Virus record (IMG/VR): IMGVR_UViG_3300045988_102538
Length of the DNA stretch: 36,917 nucleotides
Strand: one strand, 5' to 3'
DNA from: a virus
Part shown: in pieces, positions 15,318-24,587 of the stretch
Layout: each line of letters begins with the position of its first letter
How positions within the stretch are numbered: the first letter of the stretch is position 1
The notes under the pieces: generated by a model
Told to the model about the DNA's origin: nothing
What the model saw: the letters and a program-made list of their open reading frames with translations, nothing else
The model's database searches: none
Position numbers and translations under genes: made by a program

Positions 15318-17984
15318 ATGGCAGCACAGGACATAGGCGTCGCATACGTCCACGTCGAACCATCCGGCAAAGGATTCGGCAAAAGCATCGAAGGCGACAT
15401 CGGCGACGCCGTCAACAAAGCCTCCAAGAAAAGCTCCAACACCCTCATCTCGAAAATCGGCGGAGCATTCGGCAAAATCGGCAAGGTCGGCACAGGCGCG
15501 ATCGCCACCCTCGCCGGCGGCATCACCGCATTGGCCGCCAAAGGCGGCTTCACCCGCGCCCTCAACATCGAGAACGCGCAAGCCAAACTCAAAGGCCTCG
15601 GCCACGACAGCGCGAGCGTCACCGAAATCATGAACGACGCGCTCGCCTCCGTCAAGGGCACCGCGTTCGGATTGGGTGACGCCGCGACCGTCGCGGCCAG
15701 CCTGTCAGCATCCGGCATCAAGGAAGGCGACCAGCTCACCAAGGTCCTCAAGACCGTGGCCGACACCGCGCAGATCAGCGGCAGAAGCCTGACCGACATC
15801 GGCATGATCTTCGGTTCCGTCGCCGCCCGAGGCAAACTCCAGGGCGACGACATGCTCCAGCTCATGTCGAGCGGCATCCCAGTCCTCCAGATGCTCGGCA
15901 AGCATCTGAACAAGACCAGCGCCGAAGTGTCCGACATGGTCTCGGACGGCAAGATCGACTTCCAAACTTTCGCCGACGCCATGCAGGAAGGCCTAGGCGG
16001 GGCCGCACTATCCGCAGGCACCACATTCACCGGCGCCCTGGCCAACGTGAAAGCCGCATTGAGCCGACTTGGAGAAACAGCCGCCACACCAGTCCTCGAC
16101 GGCTTACGCGGCCTGTTCAACCAAGCCATCCCACTCATCGACACATTCACCGCAGCCGTCACACCAACCCTGCAAAAAGTCGGAGCGGCACTCCAACAAG
16201 GTCTCGAGAACGCGATACCCGCCACACAGGCGAAACTCAAAAACCTTGGCGACACGATCTCCAACATCCCCGGCTTCCAGATGCTCGCCTCGGCGACGGC
16301 CAGCCTCAAAAGCCAACTCACTGGCCTCTGGAACGCAATCACATCACTCATAGGCGGACTCAACAATGGCGGCGAAGCCGCCACAATGTTCTCCACAACC
16401 GCCGGCGCGCTCGCGGGAGTGGTCGCTTCGGTCGCGCAGGCGTTGTCGAACGCGGCGGGATGGGCGAAGACGTTCGTCAACACGTTCATCGAGACGGGCG
16501 CGTTGCAGCCGTTCCTTGAAAGCCTGACCGGCGTCATCTCCGGATTGGGCTCGCTGGTTTCCGGATTGGCGGCCGCGGTCTCGCAGGCCTTCGGCTTCAA
16601 CGACAGCGCGCGCACCGCCAGTTCCGCGGCGCAGAGCTTCGCCGGACTGTTGAACACTTTGACCGGCGTGCTCATGACGGTGGGAGGCTGGCTGCAGTCG
16701 GTCGGACAGTGGGCGCAGCAGAACGGCGTACTGGTATCCGGCGCGTTGAAAGCCATCACCATTGCATTGCTCGCGGTCAAAGGCTGGGATATCGTCTCGG
16801 CCGGGCTGAAGACAGTTTCCGGCGGGCTGAAGGCCATTTCCGCGACTGCCTCCGGTGTGGAGAAGACCGCCACGGCCGCGTTCGATCTGATCGGCAAGAT
16901 CTCCGACGCGGGAAGCGCGGCTGGAGCACTGAAGCAACTCGCCGGCTCGTTCAATATTGTCAAGGCAGCTCAATCGGCGTGGAGCGCGGTGACCAAGGCT
17001 GCTACCGCCGTGCAGCTGGCATTCAGCGCTGCCTTGGATGCGAATCCGATCGGCATGCTTGTCGTGGCCATCGGCGCGGTCGTGGCCGCGCTGACATGGT
17101 TCTTCACCCAAACCGAAACGGGCAAACGACTCTGGAACAGCTTCGCCACATGGTTCATGGGAATCTGGAACCAGATCAGCACCGCACTCGCCGTCATCCA
17201 AGGCATCATCCAACTGGCGCTCGCGGTCGTCAACGGGAACTGGAGCGCCGCGTGGTCGGCCATCCAGGGCATCGTGTCGGCAGTGTGGGGCGGCATCCAA
17301 GGCGTCGTCTCCGCCGGCATCGGCATGGTCAGCGGAGTGGTATCCGCCGCATGCTCGACAATCCGGAGCGTGTGGGCCGCGTTGTGGAATGGCGTCGGAA
17401 GCATTGTGTCGAGCGTCTGGGGCGGCATCGTCGGCACCGTAAGCAACATGGTTGGCCGTGTCGGGAGCGTCGTGAGCGGGATCGGCGGAACCGTCCGGAG
17501 CGCGGTGTCCGGCGCGGGAAGCTGGCTCGTCAGCGCGGGACGCAACATCATCCAGGGATTGATCAACGGCATCACAGGAATGGTCGGCTCGTTGTATTCC
17601 AGCATCACCAACGCGTTGTCGGGCTTGGTGGACAAGGCCAAGAACGCTTTGGGCATCCACTCGCCGTCGCGTGTGTTCCGCGACGAGGTCGGCGTGATGG
17701 TCGGACGTGGCATGGCATTGGGCATCGACGATTCCGCGCATGTGGTCAGCCGTTCCATGGATTCGCTCGTCTCCACGATGAGCCTCTCCGACGCGGACTG
17801 GTCGAAGACCGGCAGGCTGAACGTCACGGCCGGCACCGGCGCCAATGCCGGCGACGGCGATCTGCGGGAACTCATCGCGGCCGTCGAATCGCTGCACGAC
17901 GACCTCGGATCGATCATCGCCCGATACACGCCGACGATAGGGGACCGCGACTTCGCAAGGAAGGTGAGAAGTGCAATCGCTTGA
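15318..17984 (+). CDS. Tape measure protein
   Basis: 888 aa, Ala/Gly/Ser-rich with hydrophobic repeats. Located at the canonical position. Confidence 0.9.
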   Translation: MAAQDIGVAYVHVEPSGKGFGKSIEGDIGDAVNKASKKSSNTLISKIGGAFGKIGKVGTGAIATLAGGITALAAKGGFTRALNIENAQAKLKGLGHDSASVTEIMNDALASVKGTAFGLGDAATVAASLSASGIKEGDQLTKVLKTVADTAQISGRSLTDIGMIFGSVAARGKLQGDDMLQLMSSGIPVLQMLGKHLNKTSAEVSDMVSDGKIDFQTFADAMQEGLGGAALSAGTTFTGALANVKAALSRLGETAATPVLDGLRGLFNQAIPLIDTFTAAVTPTLQKVGAALQQGLENAIPATQAKLKNLGDTISNIPGFQMLASATASLKSQLTGLWNAITSLIGGLNNGGEAATMFSTTAGALAGVVASVAQALSNAAGWAKTFVNTFIETGALQPFLESLTGVISGLGSLVSGLAAAVSQAFGFNDSARTASSAAQSFAGLLNTLTGVLMTVGGWLQSVGQWAQQNGVLVSGALKAITIALLAVKGWDIVSAGLKTVSGGLKAISATASGVEKTATAAFDLIGKISDAGSAAGALKQLAGSFNIVKAAQSAWSAVTKAATAVQLAFSAALDANPIGMLVVAIGAVVAALTWFFTQTETGKRLWNSFATWFMGIWNQISTALAVIQGIIQLALAVVNGNWSAAWSAIQGIVSAVWGGIQGVVSAGIGMVSGVVSAACSTIRSVWAALWNGVGSIVSSVWGGIVGTVSNMVGRVGSVVSGIGGTVRSAVSGAGSWLVSAGRNIIQGLINGITGMVGSLYSSITNALSGLVDKAKNALGIHSPSRVFRDEVGVMVGRGMALGIDDSAHVVSRSMDSLVSTMSLSDADWSKTGRLNVTAGTGANAGDGDLRELIAAVESLHDDLGSIIARYTPTIGDRDFARKVRSAIA

Positions 17985-18798
17985 ATACGTGTGCGCCGCC
18001 ACAGGTGAGCGCATCGGCTTCGAGGGGCCGCTGTACGGCGAGACGCTCACGGGACTGCGAGCCCGCGTCTGGGACTACAGCCTCGCCTCACGTGGCATGA
18101 CGGGCATCACCCGCAAGGCACGCGAGGCGACAGTCACCGTGAAGATCCACGATTCTCCGGCCACGCTCGACCTACTGCGCCGCCTCGCGGACGCCGACAT
18201 GGCATCCGGGAACCCGGGCACGCTCGTGGCCGACGGCGAATGGGAAGCCAAAGCGTGGATCACGAAAAGCGAACCGCAATCCATCACGCCCACGATGGTC
18301 GAGACGCAGTTGACCATCGTGCTGGCCGATGGCGTGTGGCGCCGTCCGACCATGACGCATTTCACGCCGCGATACGATTCCGGAACCGCCGACCTTGACT
18401 ATCCATATGATTATCCGCATGATTTCGCCGGCATGGCATTGGGTGCCGAGATCGTCAACGACACGTCCATCCCGCAGCCGGTCAAGCTCACGATATTCGG
18501 ACCATGCGCGCAACCGTACGTCATCATCGGAAACAACCGGTACGAGGTCGACGTGACCGTGCCATCCGGCTCGCGTCTGGAAATCGACGGCACCGGCGAT
18601 GTCAGGACCGTCACCATGGTCAGCGGCACAGGTCTCGTCACAAACTGCTTCGCGCAGGCCGTGCGAGGGTCGGGCAAGGATTCCGGCCGGTACGTGTTCC
18701 AACCGCTCGCGCCCGGAACACAGCCGATCAGCTGGCCGGGAGGATTCCAATTCGACTTGACGGTCTGCGAGGAAAGGAGCGAACCGCCATGGACCTGA
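17971..18798 (+). CDS. Distal tail protein (Dit)
   Basis: GTG start with an AGGAAGG RBS, overlapping the tape measure gene's end. 275 aa. Confidence 0.7.
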   Translation: MQSLEYVCAATGERIGFEGPLYGETLTGLRARVWDYSLASRGMTGITRKAREATVTVKIHDSPATLDLLRRLADADMASGNPGTLVADGEWEAKAWITKSEPQSITPTMVETQLTIVLADGVWRRPTMTHFTPRYDSGTADLDYPYDYPHDFAGMALGAEIVNDTSIPQPVKLTIFGPCAQPYVIIGNNRYEVDVTVPSGSRLEIDGTGDVRTVTMVSGTGLVTNCFAQAVRGSGKDSGRYVFQPLAPGTQPISWPGGFQFDLTVCEERSEPPWT

Positions 18799-20528
18799 TC
18801 GTCACCGACGCCACAGGCAAACCCGTGGCGAGCCACGCCTCATACACGCTCGACCTCGCGTTCGGTAGCGGGGAGAACGACTTCGACCTGCAGGTCGAAG
18901 ACGCCGCGCTCAAGGCGGGGAGCCGCATCATGATCGACGGCACCGAGTACGGCGGCATCATCGACGACACGGATGTCGACGTGGACGGAGGCCTGTCCAC
19001 CGTCACATGGCATGGCCGCGACTGGCATGGAGTGCTCGCCTCGAAGATCATCGAACCGGACAGGAACAACGATTACCTCACCCTGTCCGGCACGATTCCC
19101 GTCATTATGCGCACGCTCGTCAGCCGTGCGGGATTGCAAGGCCTGTTCACCGTCACCGACGAAAGCGCCGACCACAAGACCACCTGCCAGTTCGACCGGT
19201 ACGTGGACCTGTACAGCGGTCTGGTCAAGATGCTCAGGGCAAGCGGACTCAAACTCCGGTTGCGTAATGACGGCGACAAGGTATCCATGAGCGCCATGCC
19301 CGTCCGCACGATCGGCGACAGCATCGACTCGGACCTCATCGACTTCACCGCCAAACAGGCGGCGCACCCGATCAACCATCTCATCTGCCTGGGCAAGGGC
19401 GAACTCAAGGACCGTACCGTCATCCACTGGTACGCCGACGCGAACGGCACGTTCAGCCACACGCAGACCCTCAAAGGCCTTGACGAACGCACCGCCACAT
19501 ACGAGTTGTCCAACGCCGAAGCCGACGAGCTCGAGGACAAGGGCAGGCAGAAATTCCAGGAGCTTCGGAACACTAGCACCATCGACGTGGACATTCCCGA
19601 CGGCATCGACGCGGACGTTGGCGACCTGGTCACGGGTCGTGACAACAACACGGGCCTCGTCGTCACTGCCGAGATCTCCAAGAAGATCGTCAAGGTTTCG
19701 GGAGGCGTGCTCACCGTCACCTACGAATCCGGAGGTGCCAGCGCCGGCGGCAACAGCGGAGAATCCTCCATCGGGGATGGTGGCCACGCCTACTACGCTG
19801 GAGCCGGCCTCAAACTCGACGCCTGGACGTTCAGCGCCGACGTGACCAGAAACGACATCGACTCGCTCAACAACGCATTGTCGGGTAAACAGCCGAAAGG
19901 CGACTACATCACCGGCCTGAAAATCGGTTCGGTGGACACGCTCGCCCCCGGTGCACAGGCAAGCGCGTCGCTTACGGGCGCCGGCAGCGACAAAACCTTG
20001 AATTTGGGGCTTCCGAAAGGCGACCAGGGTCCGCAAGGGGAGAAGGGCGACAAGGGCGACGCAGGACCACAGGGGGCCACCGGAGCGACCGGACCCACCG
20101 GTCCTCGGGGAGAGAAAGGAGCGATCGGGGAGCGAGGGCCGCAAGGCGTCGCCGGTCCCGAAGGCCCGCAGGGACTGCAGGGGATACGCGGCGAGAAAGG
20201 CGATAAGGGTGATGCCGGCGCGATCGGCGCGGCGGGACCGCAAGGCCCGACGGGTTCCACAGGTCCGCAGGGTCCCACGGGTCCACAGGGAGCGACCGGC
20301 CCCCAGGGCAGACAAGGCATCCAAGGTTCCCAAGGCATCCAGGGCCCGCAAGGGGAGAAGGGTGACAAGGGCGACAGCGGCGTATCCGCCCCCTCGAACG
20401 GCTTCTTCACGCTCAGCATGGAAGGCGACGGCGACCTGTACGTGAACTATCCGGACAACACGAACCCACCCTCGTTCGTCTGGGACTCCGAGAGCGGGAA
20501 CCTGTACGTGGACATCCCGGAAAGGTGA
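18789..20528 (+). CDS. Tail-associated (Tal-like) protein with C-terminal collagen-like Gly-X-Y domain
   Basis: Internal ATG ([12 protein letters not shown]...) overlaps the Dit stop. An uninterrupted G-X-Y run spans about 20019-20382. Confidence 0.7.
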   Translation: MDLIVTDATGKPVASHASYTLDLAFGSGENDFDLQVEDAALKAGSRIMIDGTEYGGIIDDTDVDVDGGLSTVTWHGRDWHGVLASKIIEPDRNNDYLTLSGTIPVIMRTLVSRAGLQGLFTVTDESADHKTTCQFDRYVDLYSGLVKMLRASGLKLRLRNDGDKVSMSAMPVRTIGDSIDSDLIDFTAKQAAHPINHLICLGKGELKDRTVIHWYADANGTFSHTQTLKGLDERTATYELSNAEADELEDKGRQKFQELRNTSTIDVDIPDGIDADVGDLVTGRDNNTGLVVTAEISKKIVKVSGGVLTVTYESGGASAGGNSGESSIGDGGHAYYAGAGLKLDAWTFSADVTRNDIDSLNNALSGKQPKGDYITGLKIGSVDTLAPGAQASASLTGAGSDKTLNLGLPKGDQGPQGEKGDKGDAGPQGATGATGPTGPRGEKGAIGERGPQGVAGPEGPQGLQGIRGEKGDKGDAGAIGAAGPQGPTGSTGPQGPTGPQGATGPQGRQGIQGSQGIQGPQGEKGDKGDSGVSAPSNGFFTLSMEGDGDLYVNYPDNTNPPSFVWDSESGNLYVDIPER

Positions 20529-20531
20529 CAC

Positions 20532-21371
20532 ATGGCGCGACTATTGATCGGCAACATCAAAGGCCCCAAAGGTGACAAGGGCGATACCGGGGCCACCGGC
20601 CCGCAAGGCAAGCAAGGAGCGCAGGGCGTTCAGGGAGCTAAAGGCGACGTCGGCCTTCCGGCGCTCGTGATGAAGAAATCCCTCGTCGGCGAATATCCGG
20701 TGGGATCCACTTTCACGGGGAACGTGAGCGAATGGTTGAACCGAACACCACTCGCCAACGAATATTCGACCGCATTGTCAGGTGGCGGAAAATACAGCAT
20801 CGTCTGGCAGTGCGTTTCACAGTCCGGCAGCCTATTCACGGGAAAGACGATTTCCCGTCAATCCATCATCGGAACGCAAGGCCCTGCCGGACCGCAAGGT
20901 CCAAAAGGTGACGTCGGCCCACAAGGCGTGAAGGGCGATACCGGCGAGACCGGGCCTAAAGGAGCCACTGGAGCTGCCGGCCCTACCGGCCCGCAAGGTC
21001 CTGAAGGGCTGAAAGGTGACAAGGGTGATAAAGGCGATGTCGGACCCGCCGGAGAAGGAGGCCCTACCGGCCCGCAAGGTCCGAAAGGCGACACCGGCCC
21101 TGCCGGACCTACCGGAGCAACAGGCCCCACCGGGCCGCAAGGCAAGCAGGGAATACAAGGTGCGCAGGGACTGCAGGGCCCACAGGGACCGACAGGACCG
21201 CAGGGTGCCAGCGGCGTGACGGCGCCAACTTCCGGATTCTTCACACTGCAGGTCGACCCGAACGGAGACCTGTACGCCGTGTACGCGGATACGACCACCG
21301 CGTCGGCGGCTCCCGTCTCCTACGATCCGGCGACGGGCGACCTGTACTACATGATCAATGACGGAAAGTAA
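20532..21371 (+). CDS. Collagen-like tail fibre protein
   Basis: Two G-X-Y blocks. The N-terminus [20 protein letters not shown] and the C-terminal [14 protein letters not shown] motif are shared with neighbouring genes. Confidence 0.8.
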   Translation: MARLLIGNIKGPKGDKGDTGATGPQGKQGAQGVQGAKGDVGLPALVMKKSLVGEYPVGSTFTGNVSEWLNRTPLANEYSTALSGGGKYSIVWQCVSQSGSLFTGKTISRQSIIGTQGPAGPQGPKGDVGPQGVKGDTGETGPKGATGAAGPTGPQGPEGLKGDKGDKGDVGPAGEGGPTGPQGPKGDTGPAGPTGATGPTGPQGKQGIQGAQGLQGPQGPTGPQGASGVTAPTSGFFTLQVDPNGDLYAVYADTTTASAAPVSYDPATGDLYYMINDGK

Positions 21372-21380
21372 GGAGCGCAT

Positions 21381-21947
21381 ATGACGAAGATTCTGCTCGG
21401 CAACGTCAAAGGACCCAAGGGCGACACCGGACCGCAAGGCAAGCAGGGAGTGCAAGGACCGCAAGGCCCGACCGGGGCCACCGGAGCGACCGGCGCCACC
21501 GGGGCGAAGGGTCCAACGGGAGCCACTGGGCCACGAGGACTGAGCCTACGGAAATTCAATGGCGACATCAACGGTTCGGGTGCGGGCGGAGAAGTGAGAA
21601 AAATTGCCCTATCTGGTATTCAGCCAAATGGAAACCTGCAGGTCGGAGACACCATTTTTGACCAATATCAAGGCACAGATGGTCTTGAACTTGGGTTCTG
21701 GCAGGTCACCGCCATCAACGGTAGCGATGTGACTGTCAAAGGCGTCGGTAGCTACGTCGTGCACAAAGGGCCGAAGGGTGACAAGGGAGACAACGGCATG
21801 AGCGTGAGCCAGGCATTCATCGCCGCCCACCCCGTGGGCTCCCTTTACTGGACCACTTCCACGGCCAATCCGGGAACAACCTACGGAGGCACTTGGAAGG
21901 AATGCGGCACGACGCTTCCGGGACACATCTACCAGCGCACAGCCTGA
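21381..21947 (+). CDS. Collagen-like tail fibre protein with globular C-terminus
   Basis: [26 protein letters not shown] followed by G-X-Y repeats. Confidence 0.8.
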   Translation: MTKILLGNVKGPKGDTGPQGKQGVQGPQGPTGATGATGATGAKGPTGATGPRGLSLRKFNGDINGSGAGGEVRKIALSGIQPNGNLQVGDTIFDQYQGTDGLELGFWQVTAINGSDVTVKGVGSYVVHKGPKGDKGDNGMSVSQAFIAAHPVGSLYWTTSTANPGTTYGGTWKECGTTLPGHIYQRTA

Positions 21948-21964
21948 AAGAGAAAGGAACATCA

Positions 21965-22207
21965 ATGGCACGAACCACGAACATCACCAGATACACCTGC
22001 GACCGATGCCACGCCTCCGCATACCTCGCCGACGGTGACCCACGCACCTCCAGCGACTGGCACGACATCACCCACACCACCGTCGACGGAGTCGCACAGG
22101 GCGCGCTCGTCTGTACCGCATGCTGGCAGACGTTCAAAGCGCTGGCAGCCACGCAGGACGCCGCCTACGCCGCATACCTCAACAACACAACAGATAGGAA
22201 GGAATGA
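21965..22207 (+). CDS. Hypothetical Zn-ribbon protein (80 aa)
   Basis: Contains CDRC ... CTAC. Internal ATG of track ORF 21893..22207. Confidence 0.45.
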   Translation: MARTTNITRYTCDRCHASAYLADGDPRTSSDWHDITHTTVDGVAQGALVCTACWQTFKALAATQDAAYAAYLNNTTDRKE

Positions 22208-23007
22208 CCATGACCATGAATCTCATCACCGGCAAGGCCGGCGCTCCGCACATCACATCCAGCGACCAAGGAGCCATGCAGGCCGGACTGGTCGGAAACG
22301 GCAACTACCTGCTGCAAGGCGGCGACGGCAAATTCCCCGCCGTGACCATGCAGTCAGCAAACAAGGCGCTCGTCCCGGTCCTCAACCTTGTGATCGAAGG
22401 ACGATACGCACGCGTCACCGCGGCGGAAACCGTCACCATCGAAAGCGGAGTCACAGGACGGAACCGCAACGACCTAATCTGCGTGAAATACACGCGAGAC
22501 TCGAACAACATCGAAACGATCGCGCTCGCGGTGCTGAAGGGCACCGCCACCAGTGGCACGGCGGCTGACCCCACGGTACCGTCGGGTAGTATCCTGAACA
22601 ATTCCGGCACCGTATGGATTCCGATCGCCCGTATCCCGATCAGTGGCATCACCGCCGGAACTCCTGTCATGCTTGTCAAGCAGTTGCCTCCGATGAGCCA
22701 ACTGTGGGATTCCGTAACCCAGCCATGGAAACCTCCATACACGAACAGCAGACTCACTCTATGTCGCGTCGGACGCATCGTCACGATCAACGGCAACGTC
22801 AAGTTCGACGGCAGTGGACAGCAGAACTACTCGACGGCGAATGAGACCATCCCAGAAGCGTTCCGTCCGCTCGCCGACCAGAGCATCATATCGTTCCCGT
22901 CCTGCGGTTTCAGCCTGCTTGTCATGCGTGATGGGAAGGTGCAGATGCTTGGCGACCCGAAATCCGCTTACTCCACGGCGCACGGCTGTTGGATGGCACT
23001 GCAATAG
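22204..23007 (+). CDS. Tail receptor-binding protein: constant N-terminus (codons 1-169) + currently expressed variable cassette A
   Basis: Last tail gene, with an ATGA overlap upstream. Recombination site S0 lies in-frame at 22704-22720 (…LWD-SVT-QPW…). The stop codon is the TAG of site S1. Confidence 0.8.
   Translation: MTMTMNLITGKAGAPHITSSDQGAMQAGLVGNGNYLLQGGDGKFPAVTMQSANKALVPVLNLVIEGRYARVTAAETVTIESGVTGRNRNDLICVKYTRDSNNIETIALAVLKGTATSGTAADPTVPSGSILNNSGTVWIPIARIPISGITAGTPVMLVKQLPPMSQLWDSVTQPWKPPYTNSRLTLCRVGRIVTINGNVKFDGSGQQNYSTANETIPEAFRPLADQSIISFPSCGFSLLVMRDGKVQMLGDPKSAYSTAHGCWMALQ
22704..22720 (+). repeat. Shufflon site S0 (intragenic): GTGGGATTCCGTAACCC
   Basis: Shares the core TTCCGTAACCC(AG) with S1-S5; its left arm differs from theirs. 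Confidence 0.8.
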
Positions 23008-23020
23008 CTTTCCGTAACCC
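23004..23020 (+). repeat. Shufflon site S1: ATAGCTTTCCGTAACCC
   Basis: Exact 17-mer also at 23317 and 23581. Its TAG is the stop codon of the expressed RBP. Confidence 0.85.
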
Positions 23021-23316
23021 AGACTTTGATTAAATCACAGTATGGCACCGTGACCGGCGTGAAGTCTGGCAAGATCGCGCAGATTAGCATCAACTGGAAA
23101 AGCGCGAGCCCTGACTCGTGGGGCAGTGGACAGTTCGGTACAATTCCGGAGGGTTGGAGGCCTGCGGTCGTCACGCATGGCACGTGGTCGGGGCGTGATG
23201 GTGGCAGCCAGCGTGATTTCATTCTGGAAACGAATGGCAATTTCCGTTATGCCAATTGTGGCGCGGGGCAGAACAGCGGCACGTTCTCCGGGACGATGAC
23301 CTACATTCTCGCCTGA
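23008..23316 (+). other. Silent RBP C-terminal cassette B (102 codons, start-less)
   Basis: Open from the CTT of S1 (LSVT-QTLIKSQYGTVTG...) to TGA, in the same frame as the S1 SVT codons. Confidence 0.75.
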
Positions 23317-23333
23317 ATAGCTTTCCGTAACCC
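23317..23333 (+). repeat. Shufflon site S2: ATAGCTTTCCGTAACCC
   Basis: Exact repeat starting 1 nt after the cassette B stop codon. Confidence 0.85.
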
Positions 23334-23581
23334 TGCCGTTTGGGAAAAGCAATGGCAACGGAGGAATCTATCCAATCGGGAAAATACCCAATCCGAATGC
23401 GATTAAGGCTTTGAATGGCAGAGCCATACTATCGTCTGGGACGACAGTGGCGATTCCATTCATTCACCCGTCATATCTGCAGCGGTCAGTCCAAGTATCG
23501 ATCGCGCCGGACGGGACCGTCAACCTGCTCGTTGGTCCCGAGGTGGCTGTCACAGGCGGAATCGTGGAAATCCACTTTTAA
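23321..23581 (+). other. Silent RBP C-terminal cassette C (86 codons, start-less; absent from the ORF track)
   Basis: Hand translation LSVT-LPFGKSNGNGGIYPIGK...GGIVEIHF-TAA has no internal stop. Confidence 0.7.
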
Positions 23582-23597
23582 TAGCTTTCCGTAACCC
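23581..23597 (+). repeat. Shufflon site S3: ATAGCTTTCCGTAACCC
   Basis: Exact repeat overlapping the last base of the cassette C stop codon. Confidence 0.85.
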
Positions 23598-23923
23598 TCA
23601 CCAGATCGAACCAGAATTGGAACGTGAATTACCGTACCGCGCTGGTAGGCAAGCTGTTGATCGTCGCATTCCACGCAATCCGAGTCGGTAGCGACTGGAA
23701 TGCGGCGAAAGAATGGGAGACATCCCCGCTTTTCACACTCCCAGCCGGTTTGGAGGCGGCTTTCGAGGTGCATTGCGCCGCAGTATCCAATTCGAGCATC
23801 GGATTGCATGGCGTCGAAGTGCAGGTGGCGCAGCACACCATCGCCTTGCGTTCCTCGGGAAAGATGACAGTAAGCGCAAACGGGGGATGGGTTGAAGGCT
23901 GTATCACGGTGCCACTTGTCTAG
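23585..23923 (+). other. Silent RBP C-terminal cassette D (112 codons, start-less)
   Basis: LSVT-LTRSNQNWNVNYRTALVG... is continuous with track ORF 23624..23923. Confidence 0.75.
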
Positions 23924-24279
23924 GAGAACGTCACTCCACTAGGAATCGGCATGGAAAAACGCTGTATCAGGATGTTATCCCTGCCAACCCCGCCAAGTAA
24001 CGTAATACTGCCATCTGGATTCCAATTCGCTTGCTTGTTGTAGTGCGGATCCGCAAGACTTGATCCAACACATCCCAGTCCAATTGTGGCCGATGGACGT
24101 ATCCCTGACTGATATAACCAGACCCTATAGTTCGAGACTTCGACGGTTGATTTGAAAGAGCTCAAATCGACATACAGCATGTTGCCCTTGACGGTAATCG
24201 TGTTGGATCCACCATATAGGGCGCCAACAAACGATCCTGTGTCCTGAAACTTAAAGGTAGCAGTGAGGGCTACGGAAAG
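23920..24279 (-). other. Silent inverted RBP C-terminal cassette E (119 codons, start-less)
   Basis: The minus strand reads LSVA-LTATFKFQDTGSFVGALYGGSNTITVKGN- and is continuous with track ORF 23920..24180. Confidence 0.75.
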
Positions 24280-24283
24280 CTAG
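24267..24283 (-). repeat. Shufflon site S4 (inverted): CTAGCTTTCCGTAGCCC on the minus strand
   Basis: The plus strand reads gggctacggaaagctag. It has one core variant (A to G). Confidence 0.8.
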
Positions 24284-24286
24284 AAA

Positions 24287-24583
24287 TCATGGGATTGGGA
24301 AACAAAGCGTGCCGACGCAATCCTGATTGCTGCCAACGTTTCCCATGTTCGCCACTCGGATAGTTCCATCAGCTCTGGCCGTGAGGCTTCGCGCCGTTTG
24401 CCCATTTGATACAAGGCAGACAGTCGACAATTCAACGATGGGACGATACCAGGACGCGAGCTTTACCGGACATTCAACAGCATCCCAACTGCCCGAACCG
24501 ATTTTCCCACTGAACTTGATCAAAATCATCCTGCCGTTACGCATGATGATCCAATTGGAATCCTGGTACAGGGTTACGGAAAG
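24287..24583 (-). other. Silent inverted RBP C-terminal cassette F (98 codons, start-less)
   Basis: The minus strand reads LSVT-LYQDSNWII- and is continuous with track ORF 24287..24544. Confidence 0.75.
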
Positions 24584-24587
24584 CTAC
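24571..24587 (-). repeat. Shufflon site S5 (inverted): GTAGCTTTCCGTAACCC on the minus strand
   Basis: The plus strand reads gggttacggaaagctac. Its TAG is the recombinase stop codon. Confidence 0.85.

Noticed and set aside
19990-21560. Highly periodic DNA that could be mistaken for a CRISPR array or non-coding tandem repeats.
   Set aside because: The 9-nt periodicity is coding Gly-X-Y collagen-like repeat inside intact fibre genes. There is no repeat-spacer structure and no cas genes.
23004-23007. Programmed TAG read-through or suppression fusing cassette A to cassette B (they are in the same frame), possibly linked to the phage tRNAs.
   Set aside because: The only clear tRNA has anticodon GTA, not CTA. 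Cassettes B and C end with their own TGA/TAA before the next site. Recombination explains the arrangement without recoding.
22704-24587. Diversity-generating retroelement (template/variable repeat) as the source of RBP variation.
   Set aside because: There is no reverse transcriptase in the window. The cassettes are highly diverged rather than near-identical with adenine-specific differences. The short conserved sites and an adjacent recombinase fit site-specific inversion.
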